NCBI GenBank assembly: GCA_964648665.1
Contig: CAZYOA010000003.1
Coordinates: forward strand, 17,449 to 81,448
Direction: 5' to 3'
From: an uncultured Planctomycetales bacterium
Lineage (GTDB): Bacteria; Omnitrophota; Gorgyraeia; Zapsychrales; Aceulaceae
DNA: 64,000 bases
Position 1 is the stretch's first letter. Every line of letters starts with the position of its first letter. This document shows, one piece after another, positions 1 to 9,010 of this stretch. Position numbers and translations under genes: made by a program. Below the pieces are notes generated by a model, which worked only from the letters and a program-made list of their open reading frames with translations, made no database searches and had not been told where the DNA came from.

Positions 1-354
1 CGAAAACCTTTAGGATTAGGGATAACAGTCTTGACAAGCGAGGCGAATGGGGATAATATACAAAATCTTGTTGTGCAAAGAGCCCTTTTGGCTAAGGAAG
101 CTGGTTTAGATGGCGTTGTTGCTTCTGCACATGAAGCTGCGCTTATCCGAAAGGAACTTGGAGAAGATTTTGTAATCGTTACACCGGGTATTCGACTTAA
201 AGATGCTGATGCTGGCGATCAAAAGCGGGTGGCCACTCCTTCGTTGGCGGTTTTAAACGGAAGTAATTATTTGGTTGTTGGGCGACCAATTGTTAAGGCC
301 GAAGATCCTCTCGCCTTCGCGCAAAAGATACTTAAAGAAATTCAAAATACCTAA
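1..354 (+). CDS. pyrF: Orotidine 5'-phosphate decarboxylase, C-terminal part (5' end outside window)
   Basis: The frame is open from base 1 (RKPLGLGITVLTS...). PyrF-type motifs are present: 'LDGVVASAHEA', 'VIVTPGIR', 'DQKRVATP', 'YLVVGRPI'. TAA stop at 352-354. Confidence 0.85.
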   Translation, partial: RKPLGLGITVLTSEANGDNIQNLVVQRALLAKEAGLDGVVASAHEAALIRKELGEDFVIVTPGIRLKDADAGDQKRVATPSLAVLNGSNYLVVGRPIVKAEDPLAFAQKILKEIQNT

Positions 355-394
355 AATATTTTTAGAATCTAGTTTATATTCAAGGGAGAAAATT

Positions 395-1006
395 ATGGGA
401 AGACAAGTGCAAGATTTAATCGATAAAATTAAGCAGGAAGGCCTTCAGGCTGCTGATAAGAAATCTCAAGAAATTGAGACTAAGGCGCAAGAAAAAGCAA
501 AAGAAATTGTACAGGCTGCTGAGAAAAAATCTTCTTTGATTATTGAAAAAGCAAAACAAGACGCTCAAAAGCTTGAGGTAAGTGCCAAAACAGCTGTTTC
601 GCAAGCAGGACGTAATGCACTTCTTGATTTAAAGAAGCAAATTCAAACGATTTTAAATAAAATTGTTTTGAAGGAGATTGCAGAAGCTTTGACTTCTGAG
701 GTAGTCGTTGATCTTTTGAAGATAATTATTAAGAATTTTTCTGATCAAAAAAGTGATTCAAGAATTAAAATCGGTCTTAATCCTAAGGATGTTGATAAAG
801 TTTCCAAGGGGTTTATGGAAAAGTTAAAATCTGAAGCAAAAAAGAATATTGAAATTTGCGCTTCTGAAGATATCGCAACAGGCTTTACGATTAGTTTTGA
901 TTCAGGCAAGTCTTCTTTTGAATTTACAGATGAAAGCCTTGCGCAATATTTAAGCATTTATCTAAATCCACAAATTGCTGAATTGTTAAAAGACGAAGTA
1001 AAATAA
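395..1006 (+). CDS. atpE: V-type ATP synthase subunit E
   Basis: ATG at 395 follows the SD 'agggagaa'. The longer track ORF from 275 overlaps pyrF. The product is 203 aa with a K/E/Q-rich N-terminal long helix (QDLIDKIKQEGLQAADKKSQEIETKAQEKAKEIV) and a globular C-terminus. It is the first gene of the V-ATPase operon. Confidence 0.75.
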   Translation: MGRQVQDLIDKIKQEGLQAADKKSQEIETKAQEKAKEIVQAAEKKSSLIIEKAKQDAQKLEVSAKTAVSQAGRNALLDLKKQIQTILNKIVLKEIAEALTSEVVVDLLKIIIKNFSDQKSDSRIKIGLNPKDVDKVSKGFMEKLKSEAKKNIEICASEDIATGFTISFDSGKSSFEFTDESLAQYLSIYLNPQIAELLKDEVK

Positions 1007-1011
1007 ATTTT

Positions 1012-1560
1012 ATGAAAACGCCGTATTATTATCTAGTCGCGAGTTTACAAATTCTGGATTTCGAAAAAGAATCAGCGCTTTCTTATCAAGAATTTCTAGA
1101 CTTATGTCGTGAGCAATTAACGAATAAGGATTTTGAGATTTTATCGAAAGCAACATTGCAATACGATGACCCGAATCCGGTAAATCATGTTTTGGATCGT
1201 TGGGCAAAATTTAATCGAAGATTTCGAAACGAATTAGCACGAATTCGAGCAAAAAATAAAGGGCAGGATTCATCTGATTATACTCGGGGAGATCTTTATG
1301 TGGATTCGTTTGCTATTGAAGTTTCTCATCGTGCTTTAAAGGCAGATAACCCCTTGGAAGCAGAAAAAATATTAGATCGCTTTAGATGGAAAAAGTTAGA
1401 AGAGCTTATTCGGCGAGATGTTTTTCATGTTGAAGTATTGATTGTGTATGCGCTGCAGCTTCAAATTTTAGAGCGGTATAAGCATATCGGTTCTTCTAAG
1501 GGAAAAGAAAAATTTGAAGAATACAAACAAAACAAAGTTTTAGAAATGATTTTAAAATAA
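1012..1560 (+). CDS. V-ATPase operon accessory protein (DUF2764-like, takes the subunit C position)
   Basis: 182-aa soluble helical protein lying between E and A. This matches the E-DUF2764-A-B-D-I-K operon layout known from Bacteroidetes/Chlamydia-type V-ATPases. The assignment rests on position and size, not on a motif. Confidence 0.5.
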   Translation: MKTPYYYLVASLQILDFEKESALSYQEFLDLCREQLTNKDFEILSKATLQYDDPNPVNHVLDRWAKFNRRFRNELARIRAKNKGQDSSDYTRGDLYVDSFAIEVSHRALKADNPLEAEKILDRFRWKKLEELIRRDVFHVEVLIVYALQLQILERYKHIGSSKGKEKFEEYKQNKVLEMILK

Positions 1561-1576
1561 AATTTGGAGAAAACAT

Positions 1577-3322
1577 ATGTCAGATAATTTAAGAAAAGGG
1601 CAAGTCATTGGGGTTAACGGTAATATGGTCTCGGTTGAATTTGCTACACAAGCTATGCAAAACGAAGTTGCTTATATCCTTCAAGGAGACCAACGATTAA
1701 AATCTGAGGTTATTCGAATCAGAGGAAGACGTGCTGAGCTTCAAGTTTTTGAAGATACCAATGATATTAGAGTTGGAGATGCTGTTGAGTTTTCAGGTGA
1801 GCTTTTAAGTGTTGAGCTTGGCCCAGGTCTTTTGGGTCAGGTTTTTGATGGTCTTCAAAATCCTTTGCCGCGATTAGCCGAAAATTATGGATTCTTCTTA
1901 AAGCGCGGAGTTTATCTGAATGCTTTAGAAGATGATAAAGAGTGGGATTTTACACCTTTTGTTAAAAAAGGTGATAAGGTTCGGTCAGGTTCAAAAGTTG
2001 GATTTGTGCCCGAGAAAATATTCGAACATGCGATCATGGTTCCGTTTTCTTTAAATGGGGAATTAGAAGTTGTCGAGATTAAAGATAAGGGAAAATATAG
2101 TGTTAATGATACTGTGGCGAAAGTTAAAGATGCAAATGGGAAAATATATGATGTTGGTATGAAAATTGTTTGGCCTGTGAAAATGCCAATTTGTGCGTAT
2201 TCAAAGAAATTAAAACCAACAAAGCCTCTTGTTTCAAAGATTCGTATTATTGATACGCTTGTACCGATTGCCGTCGGAGGAACATTTTGTACGCCAGGGC
2301 CATTTGGTGCGGGCAAAACTGTTTTGCAGCATTTATTGAGTCGACATGCTGAGGTAGATGTTGTTGTCATTGCTGCTTGTGGTGAACGAGCAGGAGAGGT
2401 TGTAGAGGTTTTAAAAACTTTTCCAGAGTTAAAAGATCCGCGCACTGGAAAGAGTTTGATGGATCGAACTATTATTATTTGTAACACAAGCTCAATGCCT
2501 GTTGCTGCACGTGAATCGAGTGTTTATACGGCGGTAACCATTGCCGAATATTATCGACAAATGGGATTAAATGTATTTCTTCTTGCAGATTCTACATCGC
2601 GTTGGGCGCAGGCTATGCGCGAGATGTCTGGACGCCTTGAAGAAATTCCTGGTGAAGAAGCTTTTCCAGCGTATCTGGAATCACGCATTGCATCATTTTA
2701 TGAACGAGCCGGAATTGTTCAGCTTCGTGATGGCAAAACAGGTTCAGTTACTATCGGTGGTGCTGTTAGTCCAGCTGGAGGAAATTTTGAAGAACCTGTA
2801 ACTCAATCAACTTTAAAAGTTGTCGGTGCTTTTCATGGGCTTTCACGGGATCGTGCTAATGCACGAAAATATCCTGCGATTGATCCTTTGCAAAGTTGGA
2901 GTAAATATGAAAGTTTTATTGATATTGAAAAAACACAAAAAGGTGTCAATATTTTAAAGCGGAGTGATCAGATTGATCAAATGATGAAAGTTATCGGCGA
3001 GGAAGGAACCACACTTGATGATTTTGTAGATTATCTTAAGGGCGACTTTTTTGATTCTGTTTATCTGCAACAAAATGCATTTGATGAAATTGATGAAGCA
3101 ACTGCTGAAGATCGACAAAAATATATTTTTGATATTATCGTTAATATTATTGATAAGAAATTTGAATTTCCATCTAAAGAAGATGCCCGCAAATTCTTTT
3201 TGGATTTACGGCAGAAATTTATCAACTGGAATACGAAAGAATTTGAGTCGGATGAATTTAAAAAACTTGAAAAAGATGTTTTAGATCAAATACAAGTGAC
3301 AGAGGTGGCAAAAAATGCATAA
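1577..3322 (+). CDS. atpA: V-type ATP synthase catalytic subunit A
   Basis: 581 aa with Walker A 'GPFGAGKT', '[31 protein letters not shown]' and '[22 protein letters not shown]'. SD 'ggaga' lies upstream. Confidence 0.95.
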   Translation: MSDNLRKGQVIGVNGNMVSVEFATQAMQNEVAYILQGDQRLKSEVIRIRGRRAELQVFEDTNDIRVGDAVEFSGELLSVELGPGLLGQVFDGLQNPLPRLAENYGFFLKRGVYLNALEDDKEWDFTPFVKKGDKVRSGSKVGFVPEKIFEHAIMVPFSLNGELEVVEIKDKGKYSVNDTVAKVKDANGKIYDVGMKIVWPVKMPICAYSKKLKPTKPLVSKIRIIDTLVPIAVGGTFCTPGPFGAGKTVLQHLLSRHAEVDVVVIAACGERAGEVVEVLKTFPELKDPRTGKSLMDRTIIICNTSSMPVAARESSVYTAVTIAEYYRQMGLNVFLLADSTSRWAQAMREMSGRLEEIPGEEAFPAYLESRIASFYERAGIVQLRDGKTGSVTIGGAVSPAGGNFEEPVTQSTLKVVGAFHGLSRDRANARKYPAIDPLQSWSKYESFIDIEKTQKGVNILKRSDQIDQMMKVIGEEGTTLDDFVDYLKGDFFDSVYLQQNAFDEIDEATAEDRQKYIFDIIVNIIDKKFEFPSKEDARKFFLDLRQKFINWNTKEFESDEFKKLEKDVLDQIQVTEVAKNA

Positions 3323-4700
3323 AGTTTATAATGAAATTATTCAAATCGCTGGAGATGTTATTACCGTCGAGGCTAAAGGCGTTGGATACAATGAACTTGC
3401 CGAAGTTCAAACTCAAGGTGGCGCTTCTTTGGCACAGGTTATTCGTCTTGATGGCGATCGAGTATCTTTGCAGGTTTTAGCTGGAAGTCGCGGAATTTCT
3501 ACAAATGATAAGGTGCGGTTTTTGAAACATCCAATGCAAGTATCTTTTTCTGGAAATCTTTTAGGGCGAATCTTTACTGGAAGCGGAGAACCGCGTGATA
3601 ATGGACCTGCGCTTGTAGAGAATATGATTAATATTGGAGGGCCTTCTGTCAATCCAGCAAAACGTATTATTCCAAAGAATATGATTCGTACCGGTATCCC
3701 GATGATTGATGTTTTTAATTCTTTAGTTGAGTCTCAAAAGCTGCCTATCTTTTCTTCTGCAGGCGAGCCATATAATTTGCTTTTGGCGCGCATTGCTATG
3801 CAGGCTGAAGTTGATATGATTATTTTAGGAGGAATGGGTTTAAAGCATGATGACTATTTGTTTTTTAGAGAGACGCTTGAAAAACACGGCGCATTATCTA
3901 AATCAATTTTATTTGTGCATACTGCATCAGATCCAACCGTAGAATGTCTTTTGGTTCCGGATATGTGCTTGGCTGTTGCAGAGCAATTTGCACTTGAGGG
4001 TAAGCGCGTTTTAGTCCTTTTATCGGATATGACAAATTTTGCTGATGCATTAAAAGAAATCGCAATTACCATGGAGCAGATTCCGTCTAATAGAGGATAT
4101 CCTGGTGATTTGTATAGTCAGCTAGCTAAGCGTTATGAAAAAGCGGTTGATTTTGATGATGCTGGATCGATTACAGTTTTGGCTGTTACAACAATGCCTG
4201 GAGATGATGTTACGCATCCGGTGCCTGACAATACAGGATATATTACAGAAGGACAGTTTTATTTAAAAGGTGGACGAATTGAGCCTTTTGGATCGTTAAG
4301 TCGATTAAAGCAGCAGGTTAATGGCGATACGCGTGATGATCATCGAACAATTATGGATCGCATGATTCAGTTTTATGCTGACTATAAAGAAACCTTAGAG
4401 AAGAAATCTATGGGTTTTCAAATGAGTGGCTGGGATGAAAAGCTTTTGAAATATGGAGATCGTTTCGAAAAAGAATTAATGGATTTGTCTGTTAATATTT
4501 CTTTAGAAAAAGCATTAGATTTAGGATGGGAAATTCTATCTAGCACTTTTGATAAATCTGAAATTGGTATCAAGGATGCTTTGATTGAGAAATATTGGCC
4601 AAAAGATATTCAAAAGCAAGAAGATGCTAAGAGTCAAAAAGAGGATGAAGGTCCTAAAGAGAACGAAAAAGTAGAAGATAATAAAGAAGATAAAAAATAG
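3315..4700 (+). CDS. atpB: V-type ATP synthase subunit B
   Basis: 461 aa with '[12 protein letters not shown]', '[25 protein letters not shown]' and '[31 protein letters not shown]'. It overlaps the atpA stop and carries a ~35-aa K/E/D-rich C-terminal tail. Confidence 0.95.
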   Translation: MHKVYNEIIQIAGDVITVEAKGVGYNELAEVQTQGGASLAQVIRLDGDRVSLQVLAGSRGISTNDKVRFLKHPMQVSFSGNLLGRIFTGSGEPRDNGPALVENMINIGGPSVNPAKRIIPKNMIRTGIPMIDVFNSLVESQKLPIFSSAGEPYNLLLARIAMQAEVDMIILGGMGLKHDDYLFFRETLEKHGALSKSILFVHTASDPTVECLLVPDMCLAVAEQFALEGKRVLVLLSDMTNFADALKEIAITMEQIPSNRGYPGDLYSQLAKRYEKAVDFDDAGSITVLAVTTMPGDDVTHPVPDNTGYITEGQFYLKGGRIEPFGSLSRLKQQVNGDTRDDHRTIMDRMIQFYADYKETLEKKSMGFQMSGWDEKLLKYGDRFEKELMDLSVNISLEKALDLGWEILSSTFDKSEIGIKDALIEKYWPKDIQKQEDAKSQKEDEGPKENEKVEDNKEDKK

Positions 4701-4705
4701 CAAAT

Positions 4706-5323
4706 ATGGCAAAGATTAAATTAACAAAAAGTGAATTAAAAAAACAGCGTGATGGCCTTGAGCAATTCTCGCATTATCTTCCAACGCTGCAATTAAAAAA
4801 ACAACAGCTGCAGATAAAGATCTTTGAGATTCGAAGATCGTTACACGAAAAGCAATTGGAATTTGATTCTTTGGAGGGCGATATTGATCAGTGGGTAGGG
4901 CTTTTATCTGATCCCGGCATTAATATTGAAAAGTGGATTGTTCCAAAGAATATTGAAACATCGATACATAATATTGCGGGTGCAGATATTCCTGTCTTTG
5001 AAAAGGTTGATTTTGAAAAAGAAGACTATGATTTTTATACAATGCCGTTTTGGGTCGATCAGGCGACGGAATCTATTTCAAAGTTTTTTTCTTTGTTGAT
5101 TGAGATTGAAATTATTAAAAAGCAAATTGAAATTTTGCAAAAAGAATTGATGACGACAACGCAGAGAGTAAATTTATTTGAAAAAGTTAAGATTCCTGAA
5201 TGTTTAGAAAATATTCGAAAAATTAGAATTTATTTAGGTGATCAACAATCAAATGCTGTTGGTGTGAGTAAGGTTGCTAAAAAGAAGATTGAGCAGGCTG
5301 TTTTAGCGGAGATGGGCACATGA
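4706..5323 (+). CDS. atpD: V-type ATP synthase subunit D
   Basis: 205 aa with the N-terminal 'KLTKSELKKQRDGLEQFSHYLPTLQLKKQQL' coiled coil typical of V-type D. It ends in an ATGA stop/start overlap with atpI. Confidence 0.85.
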   Translation: MAKIKLTKSELKKQRDGLEQFSHYLPTLQLKKQQLQIKIFEIRRSLHEKQLEFDSLEGDIDQWVGLLSDPGINIEKWIVPKNIETSIHNIAGADIPVFEKVDFEKEDYDFYTMPFWVDQATESISKFFSLLIEIEIIKKQIEILQKELMTTTQRVNLFEKVKIPECLENIRKIRIYLGDQQSNAVGVSKVAKKKIEQAVLAEMGT

Positions 5324-7086
5324 TTGTTCCAATGAAAAAGATATCTGTTGTTATTCAGGCGAAAGATGCTGAACATGCATTGATAGACTTGCGTGATATT
5401 GGTGTTGTGCATATTCAGCACGAGCATCCGCCGGAAAGTTCTAACGCTGGTGACAGAAAAGAAGAGATCCGAAAGCTTGAAGATGCTATTATTTTCTTAG
5501 AAGGGCAAGGAGCTGCACATGTCGCACAAGGTTCTGGGCGCTGTGAGATGATCGAACGCATTACAGGATGCCTTCATCAGATTTGTCAGCTTGAAGACGA
5601 TATGGCAAAGCGCCATGCCTTGATTAGCCAATGGGAATCTTGGGGCAATTTTAGTCCAGAGGATTTAAGAACTTTCTCTCATCATGGACTCTGTGTAGGA
5701 CTTTTTAAGATTCCAGTTCATGAGTTAGAAAATTTGAAGGAAGATGTAGTTTGTGAAAAGATTTTTGTTAAGGATAAAATTGCTCGCTGTCTTGTGATAT
5801 GTACGGAAAAGAAATCTTTTGGTTTTCCTGAGGTTCATTTGCCTGTGATGAGTGTTGAAGAAATGAAAGCTCTTCAAGATCAAGAAGCAAAGAAAATCCA
5901 GAATGTTAAAAATGAGCTTAAAAGATATCATTCTTGTTTAAATAGTTTTAAGCATATTCTGCTGGAAAAAAAGTCTGATCTTAGGCTTCAGGAAGCGTTA
6001 GCGGGAATGGGAAAAGACGAGGCGCTTTCATATCTTGTTGGTTTTTGTCCTTCTAAGATGTGCGTAAAGCTTAAGAATGCAGCTCAAAAAGAAAAATGGG
6101 CACTCGTCATCGAAGAGCCATCCGATGATGATAAGATTCCAACACTTTTAAGAAATCCAAAATGGGTTGATATGATTAAGCCTGTTTTTTCAATGATGAA
6201 TATTCTGCCTGGGTATAAGGAATTCGATATTAGTGTTTTCTTTTTGGTATTTTTATCGATCTTCTTTGGTATTTTGATAGGCGACGCAGGGTATGGGGCG
6301 ATTTTCTTTTTGGCTACTTTATTTGCTCATATTAAGCTAAATCAGAAAATGAAAGACAAGGCACCTTTATTTTTGATGTATGTTTTAAGTACTTGTGCGA
6401 TTGTCTGGGGGCTTTTGACCGGGACTATTTTTGGGCAGGCTTGGATTGAAGGAATTTTTAATCCATTGTTGCCTTGGTTAAGAAATGATGAAAACGTGCA
6501 AAAGCTTTGTTTTTTAATCGGTACGATTCACTTAAGTATTGCACATGTTTGGCGCGGAATTATCAAAATGCCGTCGGTAGCAGCATTAGCTGAAGTAGGC
6601 TGGATTTTAATTCTTTTGGGAATGTACCATGTCGCCAATATGTTTATTTTAGGAAAAGCATTGCCTTCTTTTGCGCCATTCGTTTTTATAGGAGGAGCAG
6701 TTTTGATCATTTTTTTTAGTCAGCCGAAGAAGAATATTTTAAAGGGTGTTGGAGCAGGTTTAGGCGAGCTTTTGATGAAAATTGTCAATATGTTCACGGA
6801 CATTGTTTCGTATATTCGTTTGTTTGCAGTAGGATTGGCAACCGTGGCTGTCGCTGATGTCGCTAATCAAATGGCTTTAGAAGTTGGGTTTGGTAGCTTT
6901 GGTGCAGGTTGCGTGACATCACTTATTCTGGTGTTTGGTCACCTTCTTAATATTATTTTAGGCGCTATGGCGATTTTAGTTCATGGTATACGTTTAAACG
7001 TTTTAGAATTTTCAAGTCATTTGAATATGGAGTGGGCAGGGATTGAGTATAATCCATTTCGAAAGGCTGGAGATATTAAGAATTAA
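5320..7086 (+). CDS. atpI: V-type ATP synthase subunit I (a-subunit, stator/proton path)
   Basis: 588 aa with a soluble N-terminal half and a polytopic C-terminal half. The C-terminal half contains 'VSYIRLFAVGLA', the conserved Arg helix of a/I subunits. Confidence 0.85.
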   Translation: MIVPMKKISVVIQAKDAEHALIDLRDIGVVHIQHEHPPESSNAGDRKEEIRKLEDAIIFLEGQGAAHVAQGSGRCEMIERITGCLHQICQLEDDMAKRHALISQWESWGNFSPEDLRTFSHHGLCVGLFKIPVHELENLKEDVVCEKIFVKDKIARCLVICTEKKSFGFPEVHLPVMSVEEMKALQDQEAKKIQNVKNELKRYHSCLNSFKHILLEKKSDLRLQEALAGMGKDEALSYLVGFCPSKMCVKLKNAAQKEKWALVIEEPSDDDKIPTLLRNPKWVDMIKPVFSMMNILPGYKEFDISVFFLVFLSIFFGILIGDAGYGAIFFLATLFAHIKLNQKMKDKAPLFLMYVLSTCAIVWGLLTGTIFGQAWIEGIFNPLLPWLRNDENVQKLCFLIGTIHLSIAHVWRGIIKMPSVAALAEVGWILILLGMYHVANMFILGKALPSFAPFVFIGGAVLIIFFSQPKKNILKGVGAGLGELLMKIVNMFTDIVSYIRLFAVGLATVAVADVANQMALEVGFGSFGAGCVTSLILVFGHLLNIILGAMAILVHGIRLNVLEFSSHLNMEWAGIEYNPFRKAGDIKN

Positions 7087-7111
7087 AAGTTATTTACTAG
7101 GGAGGTAAAAA

Positions 7112-7567
7112 ATGGAACATGGAGTATTGGTGCAATTTCAGGATTTTGGGGCTGCTGCCGCTTTAGCATTAGCTGCGGTTGGTTCTGCTTTAGGAACAGG
7201 TGCTGCTGGCATGGCCGCAGTAGGTGCTTGGAAAAAATGTTTTGCCCAAAGTAAGGCTGCACCGTTTATTTTAACAGTTTTTGTGGGTGCGCCGCTTTCG
7301 CAAACTATTTATGGCTTGATTGTTATGAATACTATTGTTGATGCTATTTCTAAGGGAAGTTATCTTTGGGGATTAGGCGTTTTTGGTGGCATAGCTATGG
7401 GCATGTCAGCTTGGATGCAGGGAAAAGCAGGAGCAGCAGCTGCTGATGCTATGGCTGAAACAGGTAAAGGATTTGGAAATTATTTAATCGTTTTAGGGGT
7501 TATCGAGACTGTAGCGCTTTTTGTGATGGCGTTTCTTAGAATGGCTGCTGGAAAAATAATAGGATAA
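7112..7567 (+). CDS. atpK: V-type ATP synthase subunit K (proteolipid c-ring)
   Basis: 151 aa with a Gly/Ala-rich 4-helix pattern. 'PLSQTIYG', 'MQGKAGAAA' and 'GVIETVALF' align with the ion-site helices of Enterococcus hirae NtpK. SD 'gggagg' lies upstream. Confidence 0.85.
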   Translation: MEHGVLVQFQDFGAAAALALAAVGSALGTGAAGMAAVGAWKKCFAQSKAAPFILTVFVGAPLSQTIYGLIVMNTIVDAISKGSYLWGLGVFGGIAMGMSAWMQGKAGAAAADAMAETGKGFGNYLIVLGVIETVALFVMAFLRMAAGKIIG

Positions 7568-7593
7568 ATGAGCAGTTAAGCTGATGTGGATTT

Positions 7594-7609
7594 CCTCTTT
7601 TAAAAGAGG
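7594..7609 (+). terminator. Short palindromic hairpin after atpK
   Basis: Perfect 16-nt palindrome cctcttttaaaagagg, 27 nt after the atpK stop. No U-tract follows, so it is weak as an intrinsic terminator. Confidence 0.3.
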
Positions 7610-7610
7610 G

Positions 7611-7639
7611 TTGACACAAAATTAGTTTTATTGTAATAT
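7611..7639 (+). promoter_or_regulatory. Sigma-70-type promoter for the tRNA-Val/tRNA-Asp pair
   Basis: TTGACA (7611-7616), a 17-nt spacer, then TAATAT (7634-7639). The -10 element ends 14 nt before tRNA-Val. Confidence 0.55.
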
Positions 7640-7652
7640 ACGCTTCTCTTAT

Positions 7653-7729
7653 GGGCGATTAGCTCAGTTGGTTAGAGCATCTGATTTACATTCAGAGGGT
7701 CGAGGGTTCGAGTCCTTCATTGCCCACCA
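7653..7729 (+). tRNA. tRNA-Val (anticodon UAC), CCA encoded
   Basis: Manual cloverleaf: acceptor GGGCGAT/ATTGCCC, D-arm GCTC..GAGC, anticodon stem TCTGA/TCAGA with loop TTTACAT, T-arm GAGGG-TTCGAGT-CCTTC, then ACCA. Confidence 0.9.
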
Positions 7730-7761
7730 TTTTATTATTTGTTCTTTTTTTAGAAGTTCAT

Positions 7762-7839
7762 GGACCCGTGGTGTAGCTTGGTTAACATGTCAGATTGTCG
7801 ATCTGAAGATCGCGAGTTCAAATCTCGTCGGGTCCGCCA
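7762..7839 (+). tRNA. tRNA-Asp (anticodon GUC), CCA encoded
   Basis: Manual cloverleaf: acceptor GGACCCG/CGGGTCC, anticodon stem TCAGA/TCTGA with loop TTGTCGA, T-arm GCGAG-TTCAAAT-CTCGT, then GCCA. Confidence 0.9.
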
Positions 7840-7847
7840 TATAATAA

Positions 7848-7886
7848 AAAGCACTTGTCTTATTTAGGACAGGTGCTTTTTGTTTT
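7848..7886 (+). terminator. Intrinsic terminator after the tRNA pair
   Basis: Stem gcacttgtc / gacaggtgc (one G-U pair), loop ttatttag, followed by tttttgtttt. Confidence 0.7.
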
Positions 7887-8022
7887 GTATGCATAGAGTA
7901 ATTATTAGAAATTTTCTATTATTTTTTGTTGAGCTTTTAGACGTATGATAAAATGAGTTAAGAATTTTAAATTCATTTTATTATAAGAAATTTTTATAAC
8001 TAGAAATAAAAGAGGTGATTTT

Positions 8023-8434
8023 ATGATAAGAAAAAGAAATCAAATTCTAGGATTTTCTATTGTAACGTTTATTTCTGGCATAGTTATTGGAATTCTTATT
8101 TTATATTGGCAGTCTGTCTAGAAAAGCTTTGCCGAGGCTTCGGATAGAAGTAGTGAAAGCAAATGATGATCTGGCTCAGAGTATCTTAAGAACATTGGCA
8201 ACAGCGTCAGAAACTTATTATCAAGTTCATGAAGAGTATCCAGCCACATGTTCTGAGTTAATCTATGCGAGTCCTCCTTTTTTGAACGAGGATTACTGCG
8301 ATCTTGAAAAGAATGGATATTGTTATTCTTGCAATTTTAGCAGAGAAGGATATTTATTTATAGCTACACCTTTAGAAAAAGAAACAACGGGGTCAGCTGT
8401 CTATACAATAAAAACTGGTGGTTTTCTGGATTAG
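8023..8434 (+). pseudogene. Type IV pilin / pseudopilin-like gene, apparently frameshifted
   Basis: ATG 8023 (SD 'agaggtg') encodes MIRKRNQILGFSIVTFISGIVIGILILYWQSV, a prepilin-like leader plus hydrophobic helix, then hits TAG at 8119-8121. The +1 frame continues ...LPRLRIEVVKANDDLAQSILRTLATASETYYQ..., which matches the pilin helix pattern (IPNLLRxRxxANExxAxxxLRTIxxAxxxY). The globular part has 4 Cys. Confidence 0.45.
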
Positions 8435-8470
8435 GAATTTGAATAAAAAGAAGAATTAGTGTTCTTGAAA

Positions 8471-8499
8471 AAAGGCTTCTCAGGAGAGGAGCTCTTTTT
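8471..8499 (+). terminator. Imperfect terminator-like hairpin after the pilin-like gene
   Basis: aaaggcttctc-agga-gaggagctcttt with bulges, followed by a T-run (ctcttttt). Confidence 0.3.
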
Positions 8500-8674
8500 G
8501 TGTGCATAGAGGAGTTTTCTTATTTTGAGCTTGCAAGCGAAGCTACGAGCGACTAAGTGTAAACGAGGGAATACCTGAACGGAAGTGAAAGTGTTAAATC
8601 TTAAATTCTAAGATTTCTGATTGAGATAAATTTGCACTTATGATTTACGTTACTATTGTTTTGTAATTCATGTA

Positions 8675-8703
8675 TTCATTCGTCTCGTCGGGTTTGCTAT
8701 ACG
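8675..8703 (+). repeat. Remnant copy of the tRNA-Asp 3' end
   Basis: tctcgtcgggt (8683-8693) is identical to 7823-7833 of tRNA-Asp. The flanks are also similar (ttca...; gc.ata). Like the real tRNA, it is followed by an A-run and a strong hairpin. Confidence 0.5.
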
Positions 8704-8709
8704 AGAAAA

Positions 8710-8731
8710 GGGCTCCTCATATGAGGAGCCC
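8710..8731. terminator. Orphan perfect hairpin (bidirectional terminator-like)
   Basis: 22-nt perfect palindrome gggctcctcatatgaggagccc, flanked by aaaa and ttt. No CDS ends nearby. Confidence 0.5.
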
Positions 8732-9010
8732 TTTAATTAGAATCTATTTGTTTTATAGAAGGGAACATAAGTGAGAGCGGCAAAGAAAAGGGAAATGATA
8801 TTAGTGAAAACTTTAATGAATATTCTTTGTTAATCGCTGCTCCTAGATAGTTTGATAAAAAGGATGTCTGCGATGAAGACAGCGAAAAGATACCGTGAAT
8901 CTGATTTTGCTATTTTATTTATATTTTATTATATTATTACTTGTTGAAGGATAATAATTTTTAGAGTTTTTTAAAGCGGTGTGCTAAAATATTTAAAAAG
9001 GAGGGATATA

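Noticed and set aside
275-394. The longer 243-aa version of the subunit E ORF, starting at 275.
   Set aside because: The extension overlaps the pyrF 3' end in another frame, has no SD and adds a non-homologous basic peptide. ATG 395 has a good SD and gives a typical subunit E length.
1912-2487. 191-aa antisense ORF inside atpA. Similar long antisense ORFs occur at 13743-14135, 29284-29706 and 31371-31706.
   Set aside because: Each lies wholly within a strongly supported sense-strand gene. None has an SD, all have odd Ser/Pro/Thr-rich compositions, and none has a recognisable motif. They are shadow ORFs.
8435-8980. A structured ncRNA (tmRNA, RNase P, SRP or 6S) in the 540-nt ORF-free stretch.
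   Set aside because: I found no conserved boxes of these RNAs, such as a tmRNA tag ORF with tRNA-like ends, the RNase P GGAA/ACAGNRA motifs or the SRP GGAA tetraloop helix. Only isolated hairpins (8597-8617, 8710-8731) and the tRNA remnant are present.
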